Shown: positions 1 to 11,384, counted from the first letter of the whole stretch. The stretch: DNA of 63,721 bases, filler included, from Octopus bimaculoides (GCF_001194135.2; 4 parts of 4 records of this genome joined end to end with filler, not necessarily neighbours in it); one strand, 5' to 3'. Numbers and translations: made by a program. The notes: generated by a model from the sequence alone, not told the origin.

Positions 1-289
1 TGTATACCTGGCTTTCCTATATAAAATTAGAAATTAAACGGAACGCTGAACTCCAGACTATCAACTTAAACAACATTTATTCAGGTGGTAAATATATACA
101 TCTTTAGCTCTTGTTTGTTGTTACAGCTTCTGTGTGTGTGAGCATGGTTGTTGGGACGTTGGTATGTAGATGTAAGCGAGCTGTCGAGCGTAAGTCCGAA
201 AGATGGAGAGAGACAGCTAAACACGTCCATGCTCAATCGCTGGCCAGCAAGAAAGAGGCAGAATGAAGCGGGAAAGCTTGGTATGTTGA

Positions 290-345
290 ATTCCACGCAT
301 GCGTGAGACTACGCATGCGTACGGCGTTACTACATATATATTTAG
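290..345. promoter_or_regulatory. Candidate housekeeping or bidirectional promoter with two tandem NRF1-like palindromes
   Basis: CACGCATGCGTG (294-305) and TACGCATGCGTA (310-321), then ACTACA at 328-333. CpG is retained locally. Outward-facing donor-like sites lie on both sides: plus CT|GTGAGT at 439, minus CAG|GTATAC at 7. Confidence 0.45.
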
Positions 346-719
346 CGGTGGTGTTAAAGAAACTAGTCTTGTCGCTGTCGTCACAGAGATTTTAGATTTG
401 ATATATTTCCTCGGAAAAAAAATGAAAAAGAATTAACTGTGAGTGTTGTGTAAAAACCAGACATTGTCACTTAAACCAAGAGAGGGCTTATCTGTGCCTT
501 AAGAAGTATAACAGCAGATTCCAATTGCTGTCGAAACAGCCATTGGAAGAATACCTGAGAGGAATATTGGGAGATATTTTCTCGATTGAAAGTGGGCAAG
601 GCTTATGTTACAGTCTCGAGAGATATTCTCTCAACTGTGAGAGGTTAAGGCAGTCTGCTGCATTTTCAACACTGAAGACTCAACTAAAACACAGGATAAA
701 AGAGTAATTTATACTTCTA

Positions 720-880
720 TTCATACACTTGATCCCCAATATTTAGGCCAGAGAAATACAGAAGTGACACTCAAGGGTATTTACATCTCTGTAAATATGT
801 GACTGGTCGTCAGCTTTGTGTCACAATATGGGCAGGTGTTAAGTGCAGGGGTGACAACATGTGGTTAAGAGGAATTGAGA
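720..880 (+). repeat. Interspersed repeat fragment, second copy at about 3210-3330
   Basis: Shared AGAGAAATACA...CTGGTCGTCAGCTTTGTGTCACA...GTGTTAAGTGCAG.GGTGACAA.ATGT.GTTAAGAG in both places. Confidence 0.65.
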
Positions 881-2152
881 TGGATTTGAAGGTTCCCTGC
901 TCAGTTGAGGGTGCTATGACAAAGGACACGAAACTGATGGAGCAGGGCTAAGGCCTAGTTATTATACAAATGGTAGTAAAAACCAGGAGGGCCATTTGCT
1001 CAGAACTCGAAAAGCTAAGACAGCAACAAGATGAGTAGGTACCAATTTCTAGAACACTATCACTACCCAGAAATAGTGAATGAAATCACCCTGTAATCAA
1101 TCCTGGAAACACGTGAGCAGGGAGCCGTCCATCAACCGTAGCCACCAGCTGCAGGTGCGGTATTCCATCGATGACCAAGAGGAGATAAATGAGGATCACG
1201 AAAAATAAACCCTGGCTGAAAATATAAGAAGACTTCAAAAGGGAAGAGTGAACCCCTACAAACGGCGACGTAAAGGGCTAAGAGGCTCCACTCTTCGGGG
1301 AAAGTATCCATGAAGTAATATTTAAGGTAACAAGAAAGCCAAGATATAGTAGATTTTGCGAACTTTTAGGTGAAATATTCAGACATGAGGGCGAGAGAGT
1401 GTTCGTAAAAGATTTATGATGGCATGAATGAAAGACAACCTTAACACGTTTAAACACTCCTAACCTGATCCATCCCCTTGAAAATGCTAATAGCATTGGG
1501 TGTGCCAGATCTCAATTCCAGGAATGGCAGGAGAGCAAAGTTATCGGGTGCTGCTGTCCAATTTAGTCACCCTAAAAATTGTTTTTTTTTTTAAAAATTC
1601 AATGTATATATCGTTTTGATTACTGGCTGTTTTTCTTTATTATTTAATGTGTATTTCATGTTTTTCTTTTAAATATTTATCTGTCTATAATTTCTCTCTC
1701 CTCACGTTTTAATACGACTAGATGACAAACCCCATAAGTATTTTACCACCATCCTCGTCTTAATGTCTGTTGTACTGTATCTTTTGAATACTTGTAGCTA
1801 ATAAAGAAGTCATCATTATCATCATCATTAACTGACGAATAAGGAGACCCATTGATTTTTAGCTGGAACTCCTTGTAAGTTTTTTGCCAAAATTTCCCTC
1901 TTTTCCTACTTTTTTTGTGTATCTGTTCGTTTTGAATTTTTTCACAAGTAAGCTAAATTTTTCTTCGGAGAAATGAAGACTGAATTCATATATCAAGTAT
2001 GAAAATCACCCTTTATTTATGAAACAACTAGCGGCATATCGTGTAGGTTAAAAAAAAACAAAAAAACTTGCTAAATGCTTGGTCAGTGTCTCATCATTTC
2101 TTTGATAAAAATGAAAGTGGTGGATACGTTGAACAAATAAGTGAAAAATCAT

Positions 2153-2176
2153 TCAAAATATTTCATTAGCAGATTC
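2153..2176 (-). CDS. Possible terminal exon (ESANEIF*) of the candidate secreted protein
   Basis: Acceptor TTCTTAATTTGCACAG with a phase-0 start matching the preceding exon; stop TGA at 2153-2155. Very short, so it could be chance. Confidence 0.3.
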   Translation of the reverse strand, partial: ESANEIF

Positions 2177-2311
2177 CTGTGCAAATTAAGAACCGGGTCC
2201 TTTAATTATTATTGCCAATTCGTCCCAAAACTACCCACAGACTTCAGAACATCTAATTGACAGCCACCACCAAAATATGAAGAAAATAATGTATTTACAT
2301 TGAACACTTAC

Positions 2312-2445
2312 CGATCGTTTGTTGGAAATTTCGTTATGACAATACGAAGGTTCTTCAGAAGGGATCACCTTGTTATAATTTTCTGATAATTCTCTGTTGT
2401 TGTTGTTGTTGTTATCAAACGCCGTTATTGATGAATCGCAGACGC
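2312..2445 (-). CDS. Exon 2 of a candidate secreted/prohormone-like protein (G-VCDSSITAFDNNNNNNRELSENYNKVIPSEEPSYCHNEISNKRS)
   Basis: Acceptor TTACTAG, perfect donor TCG|GTAAGT, open frame of 134 nt (phase 1 to 0), frame-compatible with the signal-peptide exon at 2981-3035. Confidence 0.5.
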
Positions 2446-2980
2446 CTAGTAACCGATAACAATATTCAAATAATGAATGAAAATGTAATTTCATAAAATA
2501 AACAAAATAAAAAAAAAAAATGAAAAGAACTGTAAATATCATATTATTCCATCTCAAAATGCTTAGACATTTCTTTTTAACATCTTGCTGAATTCTTATA
2601 CTTTCTCCAAGTCATGAACTTTTATGCCACCAGTACACAAGAACCAACATCACCTGTATTAAAGGAGTTTTCGTATTCTCCGAGAATTCTAGTATTTCGT
2701 TTGATGTGAAGACATGATGTACCTGCTTCTCGAAGACCAATAATATCACCATTAAGTGTATTTACAGAATCAGTATTAATACCTGTGTTAAATGTATTTT
2801 CAACTGTTTTCATTCTGGTGCTCCTTACATCTAGTAATGTCAGTAACTGAAACCGCTCTTAACTTCAAGGTACGGTCATCCTTTTAAATTCATACGAGTT
2901 TTTTTTACTGTATATCTTACTTCCGATGCAACTTTCTCTTTTGTCACAACTGGTAAAACCGGTTCGATTTTCTCACTTAC

Positions 2981-3035
2981 CACACGATATTAATAAGAAA
3001 AGGATAGATTCCCACTTTAAAATCTTTATTAACAT
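2981..3035 (-). CDS. Exon 1 of the candidate secreted protein, signal-peptide-like MLIKILKWESILFLLISC(G)
   Basis: ATG at 3035 with A at -3 and an in-frame stop just upstream; basic n-region then hydrophobic core; perfect phase-1 donor TGTG|GTAAGT. Confidence 0.5.
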
Positions 3036-3436
3036 ATTTTAATCATATTCATCAACGAAACCTTCCCAAATTTTATTTCCTGCATTCCTGACACATCTTT
3101 CCCCCGTTATTTGAACATTCACACTTATACTTCCCGCAATTTCCACAAATCACCATATTCATATAGTTGTCGTCGTCGTCATCATCATCATCATATTATC
3201 ATTATTGTTATCATTAAGGTTAGAGAAATACAAAAGGTGACATCTCTGAATCTGGCTGGTCGTCAGCTTTGTGTCACAGTAAGGGCAAGTGTTAAGTGCA
3301 GTGGTGACAAAATGTAGTTAAGAGGGATAGATAAATTAAGTACCAGTGAAACGCTGGGGTCGATGTAATCAACTCGTCCCTTCAACCCCAAATTCCAGGC
3401 TTTGTGCCTTTAATAAAAAGGATTATTATTATTATT

Positions 3437-3632
3437 AAGGTGACAAGGTAGCAGAGTCCTTAGCACGCCAGGTAAAATCCATTGCAGTATTTCATCTGTC
3501 TTTACATTCTGAGTTCAAATTCCACTTTGCCTTTCATCCTTTCAGGGTTGATAAAATAAGTACCAGTTGAGTACTGGGGTTGATGATGTAATCGACTGAT
3601 TCCCTTCCCCAAAATTGCTGGCCTTGTGCCAC
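3437..3632 (+). mobile_element. tRNA-derived SINE with Meta-like central domain
   Basis: Head with GAGTTCAAATTCC B-box, then GCCTTTCATCCTTTCAGGGTTGATAAAATAAGTACCAG; similar copies at 10545-10660, 19997-20175, about 38000-38290 and about 41510-41740. Confidence 0.8.
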
Positions 3633-3679
3633 ACACTTAAACTCAATTCTCACAAAAAATTGGAGATTTTTGAGGGAAT

Positions 3680-4170
3680 ATCAACAAGATATGCTTGTAA
3701 AACTTGTTTCTCTTCTCAAATCTTCATATTCTTTGAGCATTTGCTTGGTCTTTTTATTGCAGTGTTTCTTTTGTTGAAAGCAGTTCTTCTCTTGGTGAGA
3801 ATCTATATTTTCTCTTCATCTTTCTTCCTTTTCTGGATTTCACATTGTTTCCACAAATGAGTTCGTTTAATATTGATATTTCATCTCTCATTATTTCAAT
3901 CTCTTTTTCTATTTTACTTCTCTAGTTTAGAATTCTTCTCAGATTTGTGTTTCTTTGCTTTTTCAGAGGCACACAACTGGTTTCAATCGCCTTAGCAGAT
4001 GCATAAATAATTTCATTTAACACAGTGAGATCAGATTTTAGTTCTTAGATATCATAAATACTTGAGGGTTGGCAAGGGATAGTAGGAGGAAGAGAAGCAG
4101 CTTGGTGAACAGATAGCCATATGCCACCTGTCTGTAAATCCACCTGAGACTATTGTTGGGAAGCAAGCTG
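3680..4170 (-). mobile_element. Degraded R4/Dong-clade non-LTR retrotransposon fragment (region upstream of RT)
   Basis: Minus-strand reading ...LNEIIYASAKAIE...KIEKEIEIMRDEISILNEL...KETLQ*KDQANAQRI*RFEKRNKFY, resembling R4-type ORF sequence, with stops. Confidence 0.6.
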
Positions 4171-4311
4171 CTTCTTAAAAAACAGCCACACCTGCACCTA
4201 TGTATATATATATTTACATTATTTATGGATTTATCGATTGTTGCTGTGCTGTAGAATATTTACACTGTATATTTAGATATCTCTCGAGTACTTAGCAATC
4301 ATATATATATG

Positions 4312-4469
4312 CAGGGCCAGTTCAAGGTTCCGGCAACTTGGGCAATCACCCAGGGTACCATGTGCTAGGGAGGGCCAAGTAAGACGTGACAAAAAGAAGG
4401 AAATTTCCATGACTGTCAGCTTGTACATGCTGAAGTACTTCTTGCCTGGGGTGCCTAGAGCTGGCCCTG
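4312..4469. mobile_element. hAT-type MITE, 158 bp
   Basis: Terminal inverted repeats CAGGGCCAGTTC / GAGCTGGCCCTG and an 8-bp direct flank TATATATG at 4304-4311 and 4470-4477. Confidence 0.75.
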
Positions 4470-4844
4470 TATATATGTATGTATGTATATATGGTTATGT
4501 ATATACATGTGTATGTGTGTATATCACCATCATCATCATTTTAACATCCTCTTTTTCATGAATTAGAGTTTATTGAGGTAATCTTTTCTACGGCCAGATG
4601 CAGGTCTTGTCATCAACCCTCACCTGTTTCCAAGCGTACTAATATTTTCAGATGGCCAGACATGTTCTTGCAGAATACTGAAAATGAATGACACTGCTTA
4701 GATGTCAGTGACACTTATTTACAACTAACTTGCTATGTTGAGAAAAGGAACCACCCCCACACACACACACACAGAGTTTATATAGAAGAGATTATAATTC
4801 AAGTTGTTACATTGTGGTATATTTGTGTATTTCGGTAATGAAAT

Positions 4845-4985
4845 GTATATTTACTCTTTTACTTGTTTCAGTCATTTGACTGTGGCCATGCTGGAGTACC
4901 GCCTTTAGTCGAGCAAATCGACCCCAGGACTTATTCTTTGTAAGCCTAGTACTTATTCTATCAGGCTCTTTTGCCGAACCGCTAT
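4845..4985 (-). mobile_element. 3' part of a SINE (same family as 22125-22550)
   Basis: Reverse complement of TAGCGGTTCGGCAAAAGAG...GATAGAATAAGTACTAGGCTTACAAAGAATAAGTCCTGGGGTCGAT...ATGACTGAAACAAGTAAAAGAG. Confidence 0.8.
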
Positions 4986-5329
4986 TATGTGGATGTTTTC
5001 TTTGAAACATGTTGAAATTCTTGGGGATTTATATTTGCAGAGTAATCATGTATTAAAATAAAGACTTGAATATGCAGTACCATTTTAATTCTGTGTTTAA
5101 TGTGCTTTACCAAAATATGGTGAATATGTTTTATGAATGAATAATAATATGAATTTATAATAGATATAGATGGGAGAAATTGTTTCTTGGATTCTTAGTC
5201 AAGAATCAAAAGAAAATTTATGAGGTCATCTGTGACACTTATCTTGGTTCCTTTGTTTGAGTTAGAATTCTTCGGTCATTTGGAGGTTATCATAGAAAAG
5301 ACAAGTTAGATTCTTTTGTTCCAGGACAT

Positions 5330-6055
5330 ACATTTAAGACATGGTCTGGGCCAATCTTTGACCAAAACATTTCTAAGTTATATAGGGCCGTGACTGCTGA
5401 GGACCTTTGGAAATATACTGTGCATGAGAAGACCCGGCAAGCCAAGTGAGACCTAAATCCAAGGCTTCTGCCAGGGGTGTAGCCAGCCCACTTATGCGTA
5501 CCTTCCTTCATTGAACACTAAACTCCGCTTGCGAAGACCTGTTGAGGCAAGTGATATTGAAATCGAACTAAATTCGACGGCTGGCACCCATGCCAACGTC
5601 GTCTCCTTCATTGGACACGAAACTCGGCTTGCGAAGACCTGTTGGGGCAAGCGAAAGCGAAATCGTGATGGCACCTGTGCCCAGTGTTGCCTTCCTAGCA
5701 TGTGTAAAGACATTCGAGTGAGATCGTTGCCAGTGCCACTGGACTGGCTCCTGTGCAGGTGGCACATAAAATACACCATTTTGAGCGTAGCCATTGCCAG
5801 TACCACCTGACTAACCTTCGTGCCAGTGATACGTAAAAGCACCCACTACACTCTCGGAGTGGTTGGCATTAGGAAGGGCATCCAGCTGTAGAAACTCTGC
5901 CAAATCAGATTGGAGCCTGGTGTAGNNNNNNNNNNAGAAACTCTGCCAAATCAGATTGGAGCCTGGTGTAGCTATCCGGTTCACCAGTCCTCAGTCAAAT
6001 TGTCCAACCCATGCTAGCATGGAAGGTGGACGTTAGATGATGATGATGATGATCC
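5330..6055 (+). mobile_element. 3' end of RTE LINE family A (end of ORF, 3' UTR, (GAT)n tail)
   Basis: GACCTTTGGAAATATACTGTGCATGAGAAGACCCGGCAAGCCAAGTGAG and 3' UTR match the longer copies at 40010-41380 and 51510-54425; ends in (GAT)n. Confidence 0.85.
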
Positions 6056-6959
6056 AATAGCTATAGAAAACAGACATTATAGGATGATGTTAATAATTTG
6101 CTTTTGTATACCTCCCTACATAAACTTTTCTTATCTCTATCTCTTTTACTCTCCTTCTATTTATCTCTCTTTTTCTTTATTTTCTCTTCTTTATCCGTTC
6201 TTTTTCTCTCTGAATCTCTTAATACTCTATGTAAATCCTATAGACGGCATATAAAGAAATTTTTCAAATATTTAATTGTATTATTTTGAATCTATGTTTG
6301 AAGATTTACAGGTGGAAGATATTATACCTGTCCATACATGTATGTATGTATGTCTCTATTAGGAATTTATTATATGTTGTGTTGAGAAACTGTACACCCA
6401 TCCCAGTAAGAAGTGGTAGTAGTCAGCCATTAGAAATAGACCAGTGGCCAGTCAACAGGAGAAGGTCAAAAAGAGAATGTGTAGACTGTATTGATAGTCA
6501 TGGCTGTGCTGATGCAGTAATTCTACTGTGATACTGAGTGGACATTATAACAATCCAACCTTTTGAGGATAATAACACTGTACGACTGGGGGTCGTACAG
6601 TGTCAGACGGAAACATTCTATCAATGACTTCGGAACATAACAATATCTGTCGAAGTGACAACTGTCATCAAAAGACAGATACAACAGAGGCAAAAGACCG
6701 CTTTACAACAGTGGCGATGAGGAAAAAACAAATGGATGCAGAGTGAAAAAAAAAAAACATTCTCACGGAGAGTTTTAATTAATTCACGTGGAAATGTAAA
6801 TACCTCGACAAAAAAGAAATAATGATCTTACAAAAATCGTAAAAATATGTCAAAAATTGTGAGCTGGGATAGTCGAGTTGCAACAACAACAACTCAAGAA
6901 ACAATGAAAATTCAATGCCTATTTTCAGGCCATCATATGCTATTGTACACCACTGATCA

Positions 6960-7225
6960 CAATGTGCTTCCAATTCTGTCTTGTTTATGCCATTTGTTTC
7001 CATCTTGGCCCAAATTACTTCACTGAATTATCTTCCCATTATTGTGGAGGCTTTCCAAGTAACCTTTTTCCAATCTCTTAGATACCACATGGCACCTGTG
7101 CAGGTCCACCTGTTCTTTGTGAGCCTTGCAACGTGTGGCCCATCATAACTTGTGCTTCCAGAATTCTGCAATCACATCGCTTGCTCCACTTGAATTATCT
7201 CATTTCAGATATTTCCTAATATAAT
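6960..7225 (-). mobile_element. 3' fragment of an RTE-1-like LINE
   Basis: Minus-strand reading HKL*WATHVARLTKNRWT....WYLRDWK...RWKQMA*TRQNWK, a degraded RTE C-terminal motif. Confidence 0.6.
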
Positions 7226-7299
7226 AATGAGCGTAGTGTTTTTATATATTTGTGTGCACACACACATACTCAAAAACTGCCTGCTCACTTTCTACTGAC

Positions 7300-7620
7300 C
7301 ATCATCTACAACCACTCCCAAATTATTCCTGCTACTAATTCCTTCCACAACGTTAAGCGACACACACACACTAACAGATAAACAGCCAAACCACACACAC
7401 ATACGCACATACACGTTCTGTTATTACACACACACACACGGACCCGCGAGCACGCACTCCTCCATTTTCCCTTTTTTGGACTTTCTTATGTTTCCGACGA
7501 AGAGCTCCACTCGAAACGTCAAATTCTCTTTCTTTCCTTTCCTGAGGCGTCCAGTAACACAATGTGTATCACGTCCTCTTGTTGTTGTTTTTTTGTCGTT
7601 TTTCTTTTTTGAACTTTATA
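7300..7620 (+). mobile_element. Penelope-type terminal repeat with degenerate hammerhead core
   Basis: Close paralogue of 49300-49770; contains CCGACGA-AGAGCTCCACTC-GAAAC-GTC at 7494-7520. Confidence 0.6.
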
Positions 7621-8269
7621 TATATATATATATATATCCAGAATCATGCCGGAGGAGGAGAGAAGATAGTAATTCAGTGAAGGAGAAGTAGTGAGAGTAA
7701 TATCCCTGACTGAGAGGGAATGAGAGAAAGTAATAGCAATGAGAGAAAGGAAGGGGAGATAGATGAATAAGGAAAGAAAGGGTGAAAAAAAAATCAGCAT
7801 TTCAACTCTATGTGAGTATATGTGTGTACATGTACAAGGGAAGCATGTGAATGTTTGTATGTGTGATTATTATGCACCTTATTTTGTATCTTATTTATAT
7901 ATAATATTACTACAATTAGCCGTCATTATTGACAGCACGGGGACAGCTAGTGCTTTCATAATGATATTTCTACCATAGATCTTTCCATGGCCCTTTTTAT
8001 TTCAGCCAGTCAATGTTCTATCCTCTTCATAATAGCAGTCCATATCTCATTTGCATATCAGAGTGCAGGTAGGATGGTGCTACCGAAGAGTCTGTTGCGT
8101 ATCATATTGTCTACCTTTACCTTGAGCACATTCTTTAGTGAGGAAAAATGCCATCCATCATGAAGCATAGCATTACTTATTCCAAACATAAAACAATGGG
8201 TCATGCACTTGTATTATTTAGGGTAAAAGAGGAAAGACCCCTTTTGGTCATGAATGTCCATGGGATTGC

Positions 8270-8572
8270 ACCTAGAAAGTTCCCCTCCGAGGCACAAGTC
8301 CAAGCAAGTGTGTTTATGGAAGACCAGCAGTCGGTCATGCATACCAGCCTCCCCTCTCCATGCCACTGATGTTATCCAAGGGAAAAGCAAAGGGGCCGAT
8401 ACAGCTTGGCACCAGTGACATTGCAACTCATTTCTACAGATGAGTGAACTGGAGCAATGTGAAATAAAGTGCCTTGTTCAAGAATGCAACACACAGCCTG
8501 GTCCAGGAATCGAACTCACTACCTCATGATTATGGGTCCAATGCTCTAACCACTGAGCTATGTGGCTTCACA
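8270..8572 (-). mobile_element. tRNA-derived SINE with CORE-like domain
   Basis: Minus strand: TAGCTCAGTGGTTAGAGC A-box, GAGTTCGATTCC B-box, then TTCTTGAACAAGGCACTTTATTTCAC...CTCATCTGTAGAAATGAG. A related head lies at about 22745-22850 (-). Confidence 0.75.
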
Positions 8573-9244
8573 GTACTTATTTAGTAATCTTAAAATTAGC
8601 AAATAATTTGCATATAAGTCAAATAATGGTATCAAATATAAGTTTAGTATAGGAATTCTGAAAAGGGAAAATTTCTGGTTAAAAAATAAAGAGAAAGAGA
8701 AAATAAAGAGAAAATACAGAGATATAGAAGCTAGATTTTTATTAAAAGATCGATACTCAAAAGGAATATATTTTAAAGGAAGATTGTTTTTGTTTCAGTA
8801 TTAACCAGTGGTATCACAGATTAACATGTGAATTTTATACGAGAAATATTGGTCATAGTTCAAGTTAGCTCTTAGCAGAAGTGCTAAAAGGCTTAACCAA
8901 AACAAATTTATTATTTGGAAACAATTACTCAAAAGAAATCAACAATGCCCTGGTACTGCATGAAGGATATCCGCAAAGATAACATTGTAGAATAACAGAA
9001 GAGTTGGTTCATTTTATATCTGTTTTACTGATGCTATCTTTAGCCAGATGAAACTAAATTTTAGGAGCATATGTTTATATAGCTTGGCACCTTTTCTTGA
9101 ATCAGCCGCTCTGTTAAATGGAATTGGTATTTTCATGTGTTATTGAGAAACCATTTATCAAGATTTGATTAGCATTTGAGATACTGCTGAACAGTCGAGA
9201 GTTGAGCAAGAAGTTTATAACAACAGGAGATTGGTTCCAACGAT

Positions 9245-9429
9245 TCAAGCAGAATTTTTTATCCTACATTGCATCACTTTGACAGCACCTGTGAAATCTG
9301 CACTGACAATAATCTCTCTCTCATCCGATATTTCTGAATCTGAGCTTGATGTTCCAGTATTAGTGTTGGATTTGATCATCAATTGTGGATTGGGTGCAAG
9401 AACAGCAACTGTTACAACTGCATTATGGA
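9245..9429 (-). CDS. WDR44: WD repeat-containing protein 44 (Rab11-binding protein), last coding exon
   Basis: Acceptor TTTTATTTTCAG, phase 1; encodes (V)HNAVVTVAVLAPNPQLM...EIIVSADFTGAVKVMQCRIKNSA*, matching the recalled human C-terminus HNAVVTSAIFAPNPSLM...EVLLSADFTGAIKVF. Confidence 0.95.
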
Positions 9430-10111
9430 CTGAAAATAAAAACCCAACCATTAACAGAACATTCATCAAACAATAATTGTTATATTTTGGGATGGTCGTC
9501 TTTTTCCCTTTTTTTTTTTTTGTCAAATAAACATATGCACTATATATTCATTCTTTATTTAAGATTTATTTTATAATTATTCTTGTTACAAGATGTGTGA
9601 CGAAAGATTTCCAGACAGACGTAGGATATAAAATAAGAATAACAAGAACACTCAGAGAGCGCAAACCTCCGCCAAAGCAACACCAATGTCCTCTCAACTA
9701 GTAGCCGGAGATGATTTTTTAATATGAGAATATCTGAAATAAGTTCAATTGCTCTCACAAATGAGAATACTAAAAATGAACTTGACTGCTCTCGAAAATG
9801 AAGCAAAAAAAAAAAACGGAATAATAATCCAGAATCCTTGTCTGGTACCTGATCAAAAGAAGCTGACTCAAAGAGTACTATGTTTTAAAACATAAGCACT
9901 GGGGTTAATTTATTTAACTAAACCCTTCAAGGTGGTGCCCTAGCACAGCTGCAGTCCAATGACTGAAATGGGTAAAAAGGATATATAAGAGGAGTCACTG
10001 GTCCATAGAAATATCTAAAAAGGGGCAAACACAGAATGAGTCATGCTCTCAATCAGGTTAAGATCATAGAATTGATGAAAACAGAGAAAGAAATTATGAG
10101 GAATGTATTAC

Positions 10112-10239
10112 CTTTGATGGCTTCCCAATAATCATTGCGATCTCGACGAGCAGATGAGAATTTATAATAATCGTGATGTGTTTTCCATAAATAAATGAAG
10201 TGGTCTTCAGAACCACAAATAATATATTTTCCTTTTGTA
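10112..10239 (-). CDS. WDR44: WDR44 penultimate coding exon
   Basis: Acceptor CTCTCCCTCCAG, donor AAAG|GTAATA; encodes TKGKYIICGSEDHFIYLWKTHHDYYKFSSARRDRNDYWEAIK versus human ...LVSGSEDKYVYIWSTYHDLSKFTSVRRDRNDFWEGIK; in frame with the last exon. Confidence 0.95.
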
Positions 10240-10496
10240 CTGGAGGGAGAGAGAGAGAGAAAACATATAGTGTGTGTATATACATATAGTTCAAATTTAC
10301 AGAAAACTTGATAGTTGGAAACTGCAGAAGGCCACATCATGCATTATTCTTTGTTCATCTAGTTGAAATAACTTTTGCTTTTCATTCTTCTGCTGATTGT
10401 AAAATAAGTTATGAAGGTATCTGACTCTACCATAGAAGAGACCCCACCCCTTCAGTTCCAAATTAGACACAATCCAATGAATGAAACCAATACAAA

Positions 10497-10660
10497 TACC
10501 GCTAAGCATTTCGCCCGGTGTGCTAACATTTCTGCCAGCTCACCGCCTTTCATCCTTTCAGGGTCGATAAATTAAGTACCAGTTGCATACTGAGGTCGAT
10601 CTAATGGACTAGCCCCCTCCCCCAAAATTTTGGGCCTTGTGCCTAGAGTAGAAAAGAATA
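10497..10660. mobile_element. SINE with inverted 5' head
   Basis: 10497-10547 is the reverse complement of the SINE head (GGCGGTGAGCTGGCAGAA...), fused at GCC to a plus-strand central domain and tail. Confidence 0.65.
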
Positions 10661-11189
10661 TCACATTGCATATTATCACACTGCAACAAGATAACAAATA
10701 CAATTAATTTTTTAATTTTGTTTTGGTTTTATCTTTTTCACTTTGAACTTGTGTAATTTACTCTACCGTCCCCTTTAAAAATTATACCTTCACCTTACTA
10801 TTGTAGCTGTACCAATGATCCTATAATTTAGGATTATATTGTAGTCTTAGTCTTATTGTCACTTTACTTGTAGTTTAATTCTAATTCCTAATTATCAGCT
10901 TTAACCATTAATGCAAACTATTTGTAATTATATGTTGACCGTTCAGGTTTAAAATAATTAGTACTCTAACTGCCTTTCAGTTTGTATATTTGTATGTATT
11001 TGTTTTTGCTTCCCTGACATTTTAACAAAATGTAGTAATCACCAACAACCTGCCATTGACTAAAGGCAGTTGTAGGATATCAAATCTCTTTACTGGATGT
11101 CAAGTAATATATATATTACTCTTTATTGATCATGATAGAGAATCTGCATGAAATCTCTTTATTGGATGTCCAGTAATATATATATATTT

Positions 11190-11372
11190 GCTGGTGCTGT
11201 GTAACTGGCACTTGTGCCAGTGGCGCATAAAAGCACCTATTACACTCTTGGAGTGGTTGGTGTTAGAAAGGGCATCCAACTGTAGAAACCATGCCAAATC
11301 AGACTGGAACCTGGTGCAGTTCTCTGGCTTACCAGTTTCAGTCGCCAACATGGAAAACAGATGGATGATATA
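11190..11372 (+). mobile_element. RTE family A 3' UTR fragment
   Basis: AAAAGCACC..TACACTCTTGGAGTGGTTGG.GTTAG.AAGGGCATCCA.CTGTAGAAAC, ending in GATGAT/(TA)n. Confidence 0.8.
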
Positions 11373-11384
11373 TATATATATATA

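Noticed and set aside
81-296. 71-aa minus-strand ORF as a further exon of the secreted-protein candidate
   Set aside because: A phase-0 acceptor exists near 245, but the peptide is unrecognisable and overlaps promoter-like sequence; better read as UTR.
8490-8572. tRNA genes at SINE heads (also 19997, 22125, 36148)
   Set aside because: A/B boxes are present, but they run into SINE bodies and lack a complete cloverleaf.
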